From NCBI GenBank assembly GCA_039630575.1, contig JBCNUW010000023.1, positions 1 to 27,444 on the forward strand: 27,444 bases of DNA, given 5' to 3'. The notes under the pieces were generated by a model, which was given only the letters and a program-made list of their open reading frames with translations, had not been told where the DNA came from and made no database searches. The DNA is from Candidatus Hydrothermales bacterium. GTDB taxonomy: Bacteria > Hydrothermota > Hydrothermia > Hydrothermales > JAJRUZ01. The position numbers and the translations under genes are program-made. This document shows positions 1-8,921 of this stretch, in pieces. How positions within the stretch are numbered: the first letter of the stretch is position 1; each line of letters opens with the position of its first letter.

Positions 1-57
1 GTAAAAGATGGGTAATAACTTCTATCAGTCTAAAATGTTATGGAATTATACAAACAC

Positions 58-114
58 TTGACAAACTTTTTTTTCTTTCTTAAAATTACAAATAAAGAAA
101 GTAACTAAAGGAGG
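58..114 (+). promoter_or_regulatory. sigma70-type promoter and Shine-Dalgarno for the 120..1043 gene
   Basis: TTGACA (58-63), 17 nt spacer, TAAAAT (81-86); AAGGAGG at 108-114, 5 nt before ATG 120. Confidence 0.8.
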
Positions 115-119
115 ATAAA

Positions 120-1043
120 ATGAAAAGAATTATTCTCTTAATGGTTGTATGGATTTTAATAGGGGGATATTGCCCTACGGAAGAAGAAAGAAGATTTAAG
201 AGGAATCCTAATTTAGAACTTTTTCTTAGTGATACTCTTTGTGAAGAACATTATTTTTCACCAGTTTTTTCTCCTGATGGTAAAAAGGTATATTGCATAG
301 TAAGGAAGTTGTCCCCGATTCAAAATTTGTTAGTCTCAATAAATATAGAAGATAAAAAAATAGATACAATTGTTAGAGACAGTGTACTACTCTTTGCTCT
401 TAACCATAGAGGGGATGAGATTGCTTATGTAAAGGGTAAAACAGATGATATATGCGAAGATCCTTGGAGTAGATTAAATAATGAAGATAAAATTGTATTT
501 ATAAATACTCTCACCCAGAGTGTAATCAAAGAGTTTAATCCTTTTATAGCTTTTGTATGTGATTTAGAATACACTCATGATGATAGTTTTTTGATATTTT
601 TAGGATATGGTGATACTGCGAAAACAGGTTTTTATTCTTTAGAATTAACAAGTTTAAAAGAGACACTTTTAGTGAAAGTGATAGCAAATAAAAGATATAC
701 ATTTACTTTACATCCTGAAAATGATTCTATATTCTATAGTGATAGTTTATGGTATCCAGAATTTAATCCTTTAAATTCATCAGAGTTTGTATTTTCCAAT
801 GACCAAAACGCAAGTCAATGGCTTTCTGATGAACCTTGGTATATAAGTTGTGAGCTTTATCTATATGACTTAAAAGAGAACACAAAAGTTTCTTTAAATG
901 CAAAGCCATATTATTATACTTCATTTGGTAAGATTTCTTTTTCGCCATGTGGCAGAAAAATAATTTTTTCAGCAGCAAGACCCCTTATTTGGGAAAGTGT
1001 AGATTTTAGTCGTCAAGAACTATGGATTTTGAATTTAAAATAA
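120..1043 (+). CDS. Secreted/lipoprotein with TolB-like (PD40-type) beta-propeller repeats
   Basis: N-terminal signal MKRIILLMVVWILIGGYC; propeller motifs YFSPVFSPDGKKVY and ISFSPCGRKIIFS; strong promoter and SD. Confidence 0.7.
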   Translation: MKRIILLMVVWILIGGYCPTEEERRFKRNPNLELFLSDTLCEEHYFSPVFSPDGKKVYCIVRKLSPIQNLLVSINIEDKKIDTIVRDSVLLFALNHRGDEIAYVKGKTDDICEDPWSRLNNEDKIVFINTLTQSVIKEFNPFIAFVCDLEYTHDDSFLIFLGYGDTAKTGFYSLELTSLKETLLVKVIANKRYTFTLHPENDSIFYSDSLWYPEFNPLNSSEFVFSNDQNASQWLSDEPWYISCELYLYDLKENTKVSLNAKPYYYTSFGKISFSPCGRKIIFSAARPLIWESVDFSRQELWILNLK

Positions 1044-1054
1044 AGGAGGTTATT

Positions 1055-1129
1055 ATGAGAGTAGGAATTTTTTTCATTTTTACATCAGTTTTATTAAGCG
1101 ATAATTTTCCTAATTTTAAAACAACATGA
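1055..1129 (+). pseudogene. 24-aa ORF with strong SD; small peptide or truncated secreted-protein gene
   Basis: AAGGAGGT (1043-1050) then ATG 1055: MRVGIFFIFTSVLLSDNFPNFKTT*; resembles a signal peptide. Confidence 0.4.
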
Positions 1130-1376
1130 AAAATAGAGGATATCCTCGCGATTCAGTATTTATTCTGTACTTAGATATAAAAGAATTATCTGGTTAAATA
1201 CACTTGCTCTCACCATTTAAAAAAATTTAAATGGGTTAGAATTAAAAACTTTTAAAAATTTAATTTTTGTCTAAAAGATGGTAAAAATGGGTAAAAATAG
1301 CATTGACTTAACCATTACAAAAGAAATAAGCAAATTGAAAGGAAAACGTTTTTATTTTTTAAAATTTAAATATAAA

Positions 1377-4300
1377 ATGAGTAAAAAGTGTATAAAATGT
1401 AATTTTGAAAATCCTGAAGGATTTGTTTATTGTGGTAGATGTGGATCTAAACTGATAGAAAAGAGAATTGGAGAGAGAAGAAGGGTTTCAGTAATGTTTG
1501 TAGATGTGGCAGGTTTTACAGATTTATCAGAAAGAAAAGATGCAGAGGAGGTGCTAAATATACTTAATTTCTTCTTTACAGAAGCAAAAAAAATTATAGA
1601 AAACTACCATGGAACAATTGATAAATATATAGGAGATGCCATACTCTGTTTTTTTGGAGTTAAAGGAGAGTATGAAAATCATGCAGAAAGGGCTATTAGA
1701 GCAGGACTTGAAATAATAGATTTTTTAAATTCAGTTAGATTTAGTCAAAAAATTGGGGTTCATATAGGAATAAATTCAGGTGAAATACTTTTAACAGAAA
1801 TAGGAATAGATAAACCTCTTGATTATACTGTACTTGGGGATACAGTTAATCTTGCACAGCGGTTAGAGTCATTAGCAGGGTTTAATGAGATTCTTGTAAG
1901 TGAGTCAACTAAAGACCTTGCAGGAGAGATTTTTGATTTTAAACCATTAAGAGTTAGAAAGATTAAAGGTATATTAAGGAAAGTAAAGGTATATAAAGTA
2001 GAGGGAATAAAAGAAAAAAAGGGAGAGAAAATGAAATTTCCTTTTGTAGGTAGAGAGGAGTTAATTACAGCGTTGTTAAAAGAAATAGAGGAAAAAAGGA
2101 GAATAAAAGTTTTTATTATAAAGGGAGAACCAGGTTGTGGTAAAACAAGCATTTTAAATAAAATTGCTGAATTGGTAAAAAACAAATTTAATATATTTAT
2201 CTTCAGAGCATCATTATATGGCGGTGATCTTAATATCTTAAGTGATGAATTTAGGAAAAAATTTAAAATAGAAAAAAGACCCTTTGAGAAAAACTGGATT
2301 GAATTTATAAGAAGTATCCGTAAACGTAAGAGTTTATTTCTCTTTGATGACATGCAATGGGCTGATTCTCTCTCATATGAATTTATAAAGTTCGTTATTG
2401 AAAAAATAGAAATTCCATCTTCTTTTTTAATTTTTACAAGAGAAGAAAATATCCCGCTAAGATATTTAATAGGAATTGACACCAAAGTTTTTGAAGTAAA
2501 GGGTTTTAATTATGACGAATTTAGGGAGTTTATTAAGAAAGTAAAACCTGATATTCCTATTCATTTACAAGAAGAAATTTATGAAAAAACAAAAGGAAAC
2601 CCTCTTTTTATTACTGAAATAATAAAAGTAGGAGAAGGAAAAATATCTGATAAAATTGACTCTATAGTAATTTCAGAAATTGAAAGGATGGAGAGTGAAT
2701 TAAGAGAAAAGATCAAAATAATCTCAATAATAGGACCTTCCTTTGATGAAGAATTATTAAAATTGATAGGATTTAGTGAGAGGGATTTAGAGAAAATTAT
2801 TTCAAAAGGGTATATCTTTAAAGAGGGTGACAAGTACTTTTTTAAAACACCACTTTTACAGGAAACTATATACAACACTCTTTTAAAAGAGGAAAGAAAA
2901 ACGATCCATAAGAGGATTTGGGAAAAAATTAAAGATAGAGAAAATGTTAATTCAATTTATCATGCCTATAAAGGAGGACTTTTTGAGGAGGTAATAAAAA
3001 GGGGAGAAGAAATTACAGAAAAACTTTTTGAAAAGGGAAGTATAAGTGATTTAAAGATTGCAACAGATTTTATTGAAAAAAGCTGTATAGAATTAAAAAA
3101 GGAATTACCCTCAAAAATTTTATATAAGAGAATATTCTCGTTGATTCATCTTGGATATTTTGAGGAAGCAAAAAAATTGATCAGTAGATTAAACAAAAAG
3201 GAGAGATATTATTACGAACTTCTTGCTCTTTATTATAACTTTATTGGGAAGAAAAAAGAATGCATAGATATTCTTAAAGAGGGAATAAAATTCCTAAAGA
3301 AAGAGGGTTGGAAACTACTACTACCATTGGCAGAAGTCTTACTTGATACAGGAAATTTTAAAAAGGGTCTTGAGGTTTTAAAAAAGTTAAAAGATAAAGA
3401 AAAACTCTTTAACGAAAAAGATAGGTTAAGATTTTTGATTTTGTATCAAACAGCCCTTGAAAATACTGGAGAATACGCTAGATCGTTAGAGATATGTAAC
3501 AGAATTTATAATGAGACTGAAAAACTTTCTCTGAGAGAAGTATCAAATCTTGAATATAGCATTGCATTCAACTTAATGATGCTCGGTAAAATTGATGAAT
3601 CTGAAGAATGGTTTGAAAAATCGATTAAAAATTATGAATTTTTAAGGGAATATAGATCTTTATCAACTGTTTTACTTGAATATTCCTATCTTCTTTATAC
3701 AAAGGGTAATTACGAAGTAGCTATTAAAAACATTGAAAGGGCAAAAAATTTAGCAGAAGGACTTAAAGACATTGATGTTCTTGCAAAATCTAATGCCTAT
3801 GAGGGGATAGTATATCTTGCTATGGGAAAATTTAAAAAAGCTGAAAACTCCTTCAAAATGTCAATTCATCTTCTTAAAGGAGAAAAAATTCATAAGGCAA
3901 TATATTCGAATATTCTTCATAATTATGCGACTCTTTTGATTTATCAAAAGAAATTTAGAGAGAGTATCCCTTATTTTGAGGATGTAATAAGGATAGCAAA
4001 AGAAGAAAACAATAAATTTGCAGAAAATCTCAATCTCTATTCAATCGCACTTTCCTATTTTTTATCTGGTGAAATTTCAAAGGCTTTAGATTACATTAAA
4101 AAACCGCTTATTTACTTAAAAAGAGAAAAAATTCCTGTGTTTCTTTTTCGCACTCTTTCCTTACTTTACAAAATTAAAATACTTAAGGGAGAAAAAAACG
4201 AGGGAATTTTAAAGGAAATAAAAAGAATAGCTAAAGAGGCAAAAAGAGAGGATTTTCTTTTATTATACAAGTTTTACAAACTATGGAATTATGGCAATAT

Positions 4301-4418
4301 CAGAGAACTAAAGGAGATGCTTGAAATTATAAAGGAAAGATTAAGATTTAACGTATATTTAATTGAAAGGTATTCTATCTCAGTTTTAAAAAATTTATCT
4401 GATAAAAATTATTTTTAA
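1377..4418 (+). CDS. Class III adenylate/guanylate cyclase with N-terminal Zn ribbon, STAND-type P-loop NTPase and C-terminal TPRs
   Basis: CxxC..CxxC (CIKC, CGRC); cyclase motifs FVDVAGFT, DKYIGDA, VHIGINSG, DYTVLGDTVNLAQRLE; Walker A GEPGCGKT; Walker B LFLFDDMQWAD; TKGNPLF; helical TPR-like C-terminus. ORF is open from 1278, but ATG 1377 (MSKKC) is the more likely start. Confidence 0.9.
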   Translation: MSKKCIKCNFENPEGFVYCGRCGSKLIEKRIGERRRVSVMFVDVAGFTDLSERKDAEEVLNILNFFFTEAKKIIENYHGTIDKYIGDAILCFFGVKGEYENHAERAIRAGLEIIDFLNSVRFSQKIGVHIGINSGEILLTEIGIDKPLDYTVLGDTVNLAQRLESLAGFNEILVSESTKDLAGEIFDFKPLRVRKIKGILRKVKVYKVEGIKEKKGEKMKFPFVGREELITALLKEIEEKRRIKVFIIKGEPGCGKTSILNKIAELVKNKFNIFIFRASLYGGDLNILSDEFRKKFKIEKRPFEKNWIEFIRSIRKRKSLFLFDDMQWADSLSYEFIKFVIEKIEIPSSFLIFTREENIPLRYLIGIDTKVFEVKGFNYDEFREFIKKVKPDIPIHLQEEIYEKTKGNPLFITEIIKVGEGKISDKIDSIVISEIERMESELREKIKIISIIGPSFDEELLKLIGFSERDLEKIISKGYIFKEGDKYFFKTPLLQETIYNTLLKEERKTIHKRIWEKIKDRENVNSIYHAYKGGLFEEVIKRGEEITEKLFEKGSISDLKIATDFIEKSCIELKKELPSKILYKRIFSLIHLGYFEEAKKLISRLNKKERYYYELLALYYNFIGKKKECIDILKEGIKFLKKEGWKLLLPLAEVLLDTGNFKKGLEVLKKLKDKEKLFNEKDRLRFLILYQTALENTGEYARSLEICNRIYNETEKLSLREVSNLEYSIAFNLMMLGKIDESEEWFEKSIKNYEFLREYRSLSTVLLEYSYLLYTKGNYEVAIKNIERAKNLAEGLKDIDVLAKSNAYEGIVYLAMGKFKKAENSFKMSIHLLKGEKIHKAIYSNILHNYATLLIYQKKFRESIPYFEDVIRIAKEENNKFAENLNLYSIALSYFLSGEISKALDYIKKPLIYLKREKIPVFLFRTLSLLYKIKILKGEKNEGILKEIKRIAKEAKREDFLLLYKFYKLWNYGNIRELKEMLEIIKERLRFNVYLIERYSISVLKNLSDKNYF

Positions 4419-5348
4419 AGCTTTTCCATTGTCATTTTTAATGAAATATATTCCGCCCTTTAGTCTATTACCTCTTCTTCCATTTAAATTTAAAAGAAAA
4501 TTATTATCATTAAAAGAGACTTCATTTTTAGTAACAATATAGAAAGATTTGTTTTTAATTTTATTATTATAAAAATTACTTTGCTTACTTTCCTCAATTC
4601 CCACACTTGCAAGAAGAGATGAGCCATGACCAGTGCTTCTGTTTGCCTTAAACAAAAGACCTGGGGAAGAATCAACCTGGAAAAATATTTCTTTTACAAG
4701 ACCAAAGCCTACCTGTATTTGTCCATTCCAAAAAACTGGTGCCCACCATCTATCTAAAATAAGACTATGATAAAGAGAATCTCCATTCCCAAATCTTCCT
4801 TTACCTTTATATTCTATTCGAATGTGAACAGAAACAGCCTCACCAATTGGTAGCTGTACAGTATCTATACCCATAATTCTGCCTAATCCATATGTTATCA
4901 GTACAGTATCGTTAGTTTGATCCCTGTCTAAATCAGTGATGAAAATTTGAGGAACACCAGGGGGTGTCCAAGTGTATGTGGTGTCATGAAAAATATAAAA
5001 GGTGTCTGGAAGTATCACTCCCTCTGGTAATGAATTGTTATTATTTCCATAAACAGGGAGAGCAAAACCAGAAACTGAAGTAGATGAAGTATTTTCTGTG
5101 AATTTTATACTAATTAATGGAATAGAAAATAAAAGAGAAGTTCTTTGATATAGTGCAAAGGAAACATTAGATAAAACATTTATAATTTTTATTGTGGAAT
5201 TAGATACACACCTACCTTGAAAATATGGGGTACGTATGCTATCGTTACCAATATAATCAAAGGTAACAATTCTATCAAGACCCCAAAAAGAAAGCCCACC
5301 ACCATAAAGCCATGCTACTTTTATTAAGGCTAATACTAATTTTTTCAT
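4395..5348 (-). CDS. Secreted hypothetical protein with T9SS type-A-like C-terminal sorting domain
   Basis: Signal peptide MKKLVLALIKVAWLYG; DLDRDQTND (DxDxD); C-terminus VGIEE...NLNGRR...LKGGIYFIK...KIIFIR; consensus promoter and SD upstream. Confidence 0.65.
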   Translation of the reverse strand: MKKLVLALIKVAWLYGGGLSFWGLDRIVTFDYIGNDSIRTPYFQGRCVSNSTIKIINVLSNVSFALYQRTSLLFSIPLISIKFTENTSSTSVSGFALPVYGNNNNSLPEGVILPDTFYIFHDTTYTWTPPGVPQIFITDLDRDQTNDTVLITYGLGRIMGIDTVQLPIGEAVSVHIRIEYKGKGRFGNGDSLYHSLILDRWWAPVFWNGQIQVGFGLVKEIFFQVDSSPGLLFKANRSTGHGSSLLASVGIEESKQSNFYNNKIKNKSFYIVTKNEVSFNDNNFLLNLNGRRGNRLKGGIYFIKNDNGKALKIIFIR

Positions 5349-5353
5349 TTTCT

Positions 5354-5397
5354 ACCTCCGTTTGTGAAATTATAATTTTATAAATTGTTCTTGTCAA
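5354..5397 (-). promoter_or_regulatory. Perfect consensus sigma70 promoter and SD for the 5348..4395 gene
   Basis: Minus strand: TTGACA (5397-5392), 17 nt, TATAAT (5374-5369); GGAGGT (5359-5354) 5 nt before ATG 5348. Confidence 0.85.
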
Positions 5398-5458
5398 GTG
5401 ATCTAAATCACATAAAAGAAAAATAGCCTGAAAATAATGTAATCTTTTATAAGTTTAC

Positions 5459-6622
5459 TTACACAAACTTTTCTATCATAACTTTGGAGATTATGTACTT
5501 CATTATTTCCGAGGTGCCAGCACCAATATCCATAAGTTTTGCGTCTCTAAGATACCTTTCTACAGGGTATTCTTTAGTGTAACCATATCCCCCTAATATC
5601 TGTATAGCATCAAGAGAAGATTTAACACCTAATTTGCTTGCAAGGAATTTTATTGTTGCACTTTCCATTCTGTTATCTTTTAGAAAATTATAATTTTTAG
5701 CAAAAAAATAAAGATAAGTTCTTATTACTTCAAGTTTTGCTGCATTTTCCGCAATTTTTTCTGAAACCATTTGAAATTCATATAGAAATTTGTTAAATTG
5801 TTTTCGTTCCCTGGAATACCTTATTTGCCATTCAAGAGCTGACATCGCTATTCCAAGAGATATTGAGGCAATTGTTATCCTTTCAACTTCAAAACACTTT
5901 ACAAGTATGTTAAAACCCTTGTCTTTTTCTCCAAGTAAGTTTCCTCTTGGACAGTAAGCGTTGTCAAAAAATAAAGCAGCAGTTGGTGAACCTCTCATTC
6001 CCATTTTTTCAAATTTTTTACTAACATAAAAACCCTTTGTATTTGTCTCAAAAATAAAGGCAGAAATACCTTCTTTTCCTTTTTCTGGAGATGTTTTTGC
6101 ATACAAGATAATAAGATCAGCTAATGAGCCGTTAGTAATAAAAATTTTACTCCCATTAATAGTAAATCCTTTTTCATCCTCTAAAGCAACTGTTTTAATA
6201 GATGCAGCATCAGAACCCGCATCGGGCTCAGTAATTGCCAGGGCACCTATAATTTCACCTTTTGCAAGCTTTGGTAAAAACTTTTCTTTTTGCTCCTTAT
6301 TTCCAAATCTTGTTATAGGATGGGCACATAGAACTGAATGGGCAAGCAAAGAAAGGGCTAAAGGGGGACTTTCTTTTGCTATTTCTTCAAGTACTATACA
6401 GGCAGAAACTAAATCTTCACCCAAACCTCCATAAATTTCAGGAATAAGGATCCCAGTAAATCCTAGTTCAGAAATTTCCTTAAAAATTTCCTTAGGAAAT
6501 TCATCAGTTTCATCAATTTTAGATGCTATAGGTGTTATTTTATCCCTTACAAATTTTTTAACAGTCTCCCTTAAAAGTTTATGTTCCTCATTTTCAATAT
6601 TACTTACAAGTTCACCGAACAT
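5459..6622 (-). CDS. Acyl-CoA dehydrogenase, isovaleryl-CoA dehydrogenase type
   Basis: ALAITEPDAGSD, NGSKIFITNG, KMGMRGSPT, RKQF, QILGGYGY. IGAGTSEI (Ala at the MCAD catalytic Glu position) together with FEVER matches the IVD catalytic arrangement. Confidence 0.9.
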   Translation of the reverse strand: MFGELVSNIENEEHKLLRETVKKFVRDKITPIASKIDETDEFPKEIFKEISELGFTGILIPEIYGGLGEDLVSACIVLEEIAKESPPLALSLLAHSVLCAHPITRFGNKEQKEKFLPKLAKGEIIGALAITEPDAGSDAASIKTVALEDEKGFTINGSKIFITNGSLADLIILYAKTSPEKGKEGISAFIFETNTKGFYVSKKFEKMGMRGSPTAALFFDNAYCPRGNLLGEKDKGFNILVKCFEVERITIASISLGIAMSALEWQIRYSRERKQFNKFLYEFQMVSEKIAENAAKLEVIRTYLYFFAKNYNFLKDNRMESATIKFLASKLGVKSSLDAIQILGGYGYTKEYPVERYLRDAKLMDIGAGTSEIMKYIISKVMIEKFV

Positions 6623-6677
6623 AAGAAAATTATAAGATCTGTTTGCTTTTAATTTAAATCTAATTTTAAATTTAAAT

Positions 6678-7139
6678 ATGAAAAACTACTTAGCTTTTTT
6701 ATCCTTTCTATTTTCTTGTTTAAACGTAAAAAAGATTGAAACTTCTGAGGCAGAGTTTAAAAACTTACAAAAAGGTTTTTATTCAGGAATTAGAGAAAAA
6801 AAGGAAATGGTAATAAAAGATAAAGAGGAATTTTTGAAGTTATGGAAAGATTTAACTTCAATTTTTTTACCCTCTCCTGAGCCCCCTGATATAGACTTTA
6901 ATAAATATATTTTAATTTGTGTTTTTATGGGAGAAAAACCCACAGGTGGATATGAAATTGAGATAAAAAGAATTTTTGAGAAAAAAGAAGAAATATCAGT
7001 TTATGTAAAAGAAGTATCACCAGGTCAAAATTGTATTGTTACTATGGCTCTTACTCAACCCTATCATATTGTTATTTTTAAGAAAACAAAAAAGAAATTT
7101 AAATTTTATTTTGAAGAAGAAAAAAGGAATTGTTCTTAA
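6678..7139 (+). CDS. PrcB C-terminal-domain family lipoprotein (protease complex subunit PrcB-like)
   Basis: Lipoprotein-like signal (LFSC); PDIDF..., MGEKPTGGYEIEI, VTMALTQPYHIV. Confidence 0.8.
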   Translation: MKNYLAFLSFLFSCLNVKKIETSEAEFKNLQKGFYSGIREKKEMVIKDKEEFLKLWKDLTSIFLPSPEPPDIDFNKYILICVFMGEKPTGGYEIEIKRIFEKKEEISVYVKEVSPGQNCIVTMALTQPYHIVIFKKTKKKFKFYFEEEKRNCS

Positions 7140-8458
7140 CAAACTTTTTTTTCAAAAACTGCAAGAGATTCTACATGGTAAGTTTGGGGGAAAAAATCCA
7201 AAGGAATTAATCTTTTTAAATCATATCCTAAAGAAATTAAATTAATTGTATCTCTTGCAATTGTTGGTGGATAACAGGAAAGATAAAGGATTTTATAAGG
7301 TTTTATCTTTTCTATACCTTCAATAACTTTTTTTTCCAGTCCTTTCCTAGGAGGATCAATTATTAAAATATCACATTTTAAAAAATTTAAAGCATTAGCA
7401 GCATCATCTTTGATTATTTCTACATTAAAAAGATCATTAATTTTTTGGTTATAGATGGCATCTTTGCATGATGAATCACTTATTTCTACAATATAAACCT
7501 TTTTAAAAAATTTTGAAAAAGAAAACCCGAATAATCCAACTCCTCCATATAAATCTATAAGACTCTCATAGCCCTTAATTTCTTCCTCCATTATTTTTAT
7601 CAAGTAAGGCAAAATAGAAGGATTAACCTGAAAGAATGATTTTGATGAAACTCTGAAGGTAAGGTCGCCTAAATGTTCAAATATATAATCTCTACCATAG
7701 AGAATTCTTTCTTCCTCACCAAGAATAACATTTCCTATTGTGGGGTTAATATTTTCCACAATACCTGTTATGTTGCCTAATTCCATAGCCCTTTTAGCTA
7801 TACTCTTTGGAAACCCCCTTTTCCTTGTCACAAAAGTTATAAGAGTTTCATTTTCTTCTCTGTTTGTTTTTATAGATAAATATCTTAGTCTTCCGAAATC
7901 CCTCTTCTCATCATATATGGTTATTCTTTCTTCCTGAATTATATCCTTTATTTTTGTCATAAGGTCTAAGATTATCTTCTTTTGAATAGGACAATCTGAG
8001 ATAGAAATTAAATAGTGACTTTCTCTTTTATAAAAACCTGCATAGACTTTTCCTTTAATTCTTTTTAAGGGAAAATGTGCTCTTGTTCTGTAAAACAAAT
8101 TTTCTGGAGAAGGAATTATTGGTTCTAATGGTAAATTCTTTAATTTAGCAATGTGGTAAAAAGCATCCTTTACTATTTCTTCTTTCATCTTAAGTTGAAA
8201 GTTATAATTCGCCATCTGAAAATGGCATCCACCGCATTCGCCAAAGTACCTGCATACGGGCTTAATTCTGTTTTTATTTTCAACTATGATTTCTCTTGGA
8301 TAGGCAAAAATAAGGTCTTTTTTTTCCTCCTCAACATAAACTTTAACTTTCTCACCAGGTAAAACAAAAGGTGTTAAAATTACTTTACCCTTTTCTTTTG
8401 AAATTCCGTAACCCTCTTGAACTATCTTTTCTATTTCTATTTCAAATTCCTTGGGCAT
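7136..8458 (-). CDS. rlmD: 23S rRNA (uracil-5)-methyltransferase RlmD/RlmCD
   Basis: N-terminal TRAM domain; Fe-S motif CRYFGECGGCHFQ; SFFQVN; DLYGGVG; DPPRKG; YLSC (catalytic Cys); DFFPQTYHVE. Confidence 0.92.
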   Translation of the reverse strand: MPKEFEIEIEKIVQEGYGISKEKGKVILTPFVLPGEKVKVYVEEEKKDLIFAYPREIIVENKNRIKPVCRYFGECGGCHFQMANYNFQLKMKEEIVKDAFYHIAKLKNLPLEPIIPSPENLFYRTRAHFPLKRIKGKVYAGFYKRESHYLISISDCPIQKKIILDLMTKIKDIIQEERITIYDEKRDFGRLRYLSIKTNREENETLITFVTRKRGFPKSIAKRAMELGNITGIVENINPTIGNVILGEEERILYGRDYIFEHLGDLTFRVSSKSFFQVNPSILPYLIKIMEEEIKGYESLIDLYGGVGLFGFSFSKFFKKVYIVEISDSSCKDAIYNQKINDLFNVEIIKDDAANALNFLKCDILIIDPPRKGLEKKVIEGIEKIKPYKILYLSCYPPTIARDTINLISLGYDLKRLIPLDFFPQTYHVESLAVFEKKVC

Positions 8459-8921
8459 AAATATGTTGAATTACCTTTCTTGATAGATCTCTTGCTGCCT
8501 CCTTGATTGCCTCTTCTTCTGTTTTTTCTCTTGTATCGTAAATACTTTCACCCTGAAATTCAACAGATTCAAAAACTTCTTTTCCCTCTCTACCAATAAA
8601 TTTAATTTTTGCCTTTATTATAACTTTATAAGAAAAAACTTCCCCATAACCTATTATTCCAAAAGTAGATTTTGTATACCTTGTTATCTCACCTTTAATA
8701 ATAAGATCACTTTTGTCAGGATCTTTAATTGGAATTCTTCTATCTTCTAAAATTGCTTCAATGAAACTCTGTGTTACAAAAGTTTCAATGCCAAGTCTTT
8801 CTGAAGAATTTGAAAAACTTTCAACTCCGATATTTTTTATGTTGTAAGGTAAAGGTGGTTTAAGTGAATAGGTACAAAATTTTAAAAAGATGAAAATCAA
8901 AAAAATAATTTTTTTATTCAC
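8442..8921 (-). CDS. lptE: LptE-family LPS assembly lipoprotein
   Basis: Signal ending in Cys then [23 protein letters not shown]-terminal EEEAI helix; 159 aa. Confidence 0.7.
   Translation of the reverse strand: MNKKIIFLIFIFLKFCTYSLKPPLPYNIKNIGVESFSNSSERLGIETFVTQSFIEAILEDRRIPIKDPDKSDLIIKGEITRYTKSTFGIIGYGEVFSYKVIIKAKIKFIGREGKEVFESVEFQGESIYDTREKTEEEAIKEAARDLSRKVIQHIYAQGI

Noticed and set aside
1278..1376. Longer ORF-track starts (cyclase 1278; likewise glyA 10185 and GT2 18672)
   Set aside because: The extensions are AT-rich, promoter-like sequence; downstream ATGs fit domain starts and -10 spacing better
1823..2878. Antisense ORFs of 220 aa and 99 aa within the cyclase gene
   Set aside because: Shadow frames of an A-rich coding strand; no motifs or initiation signals
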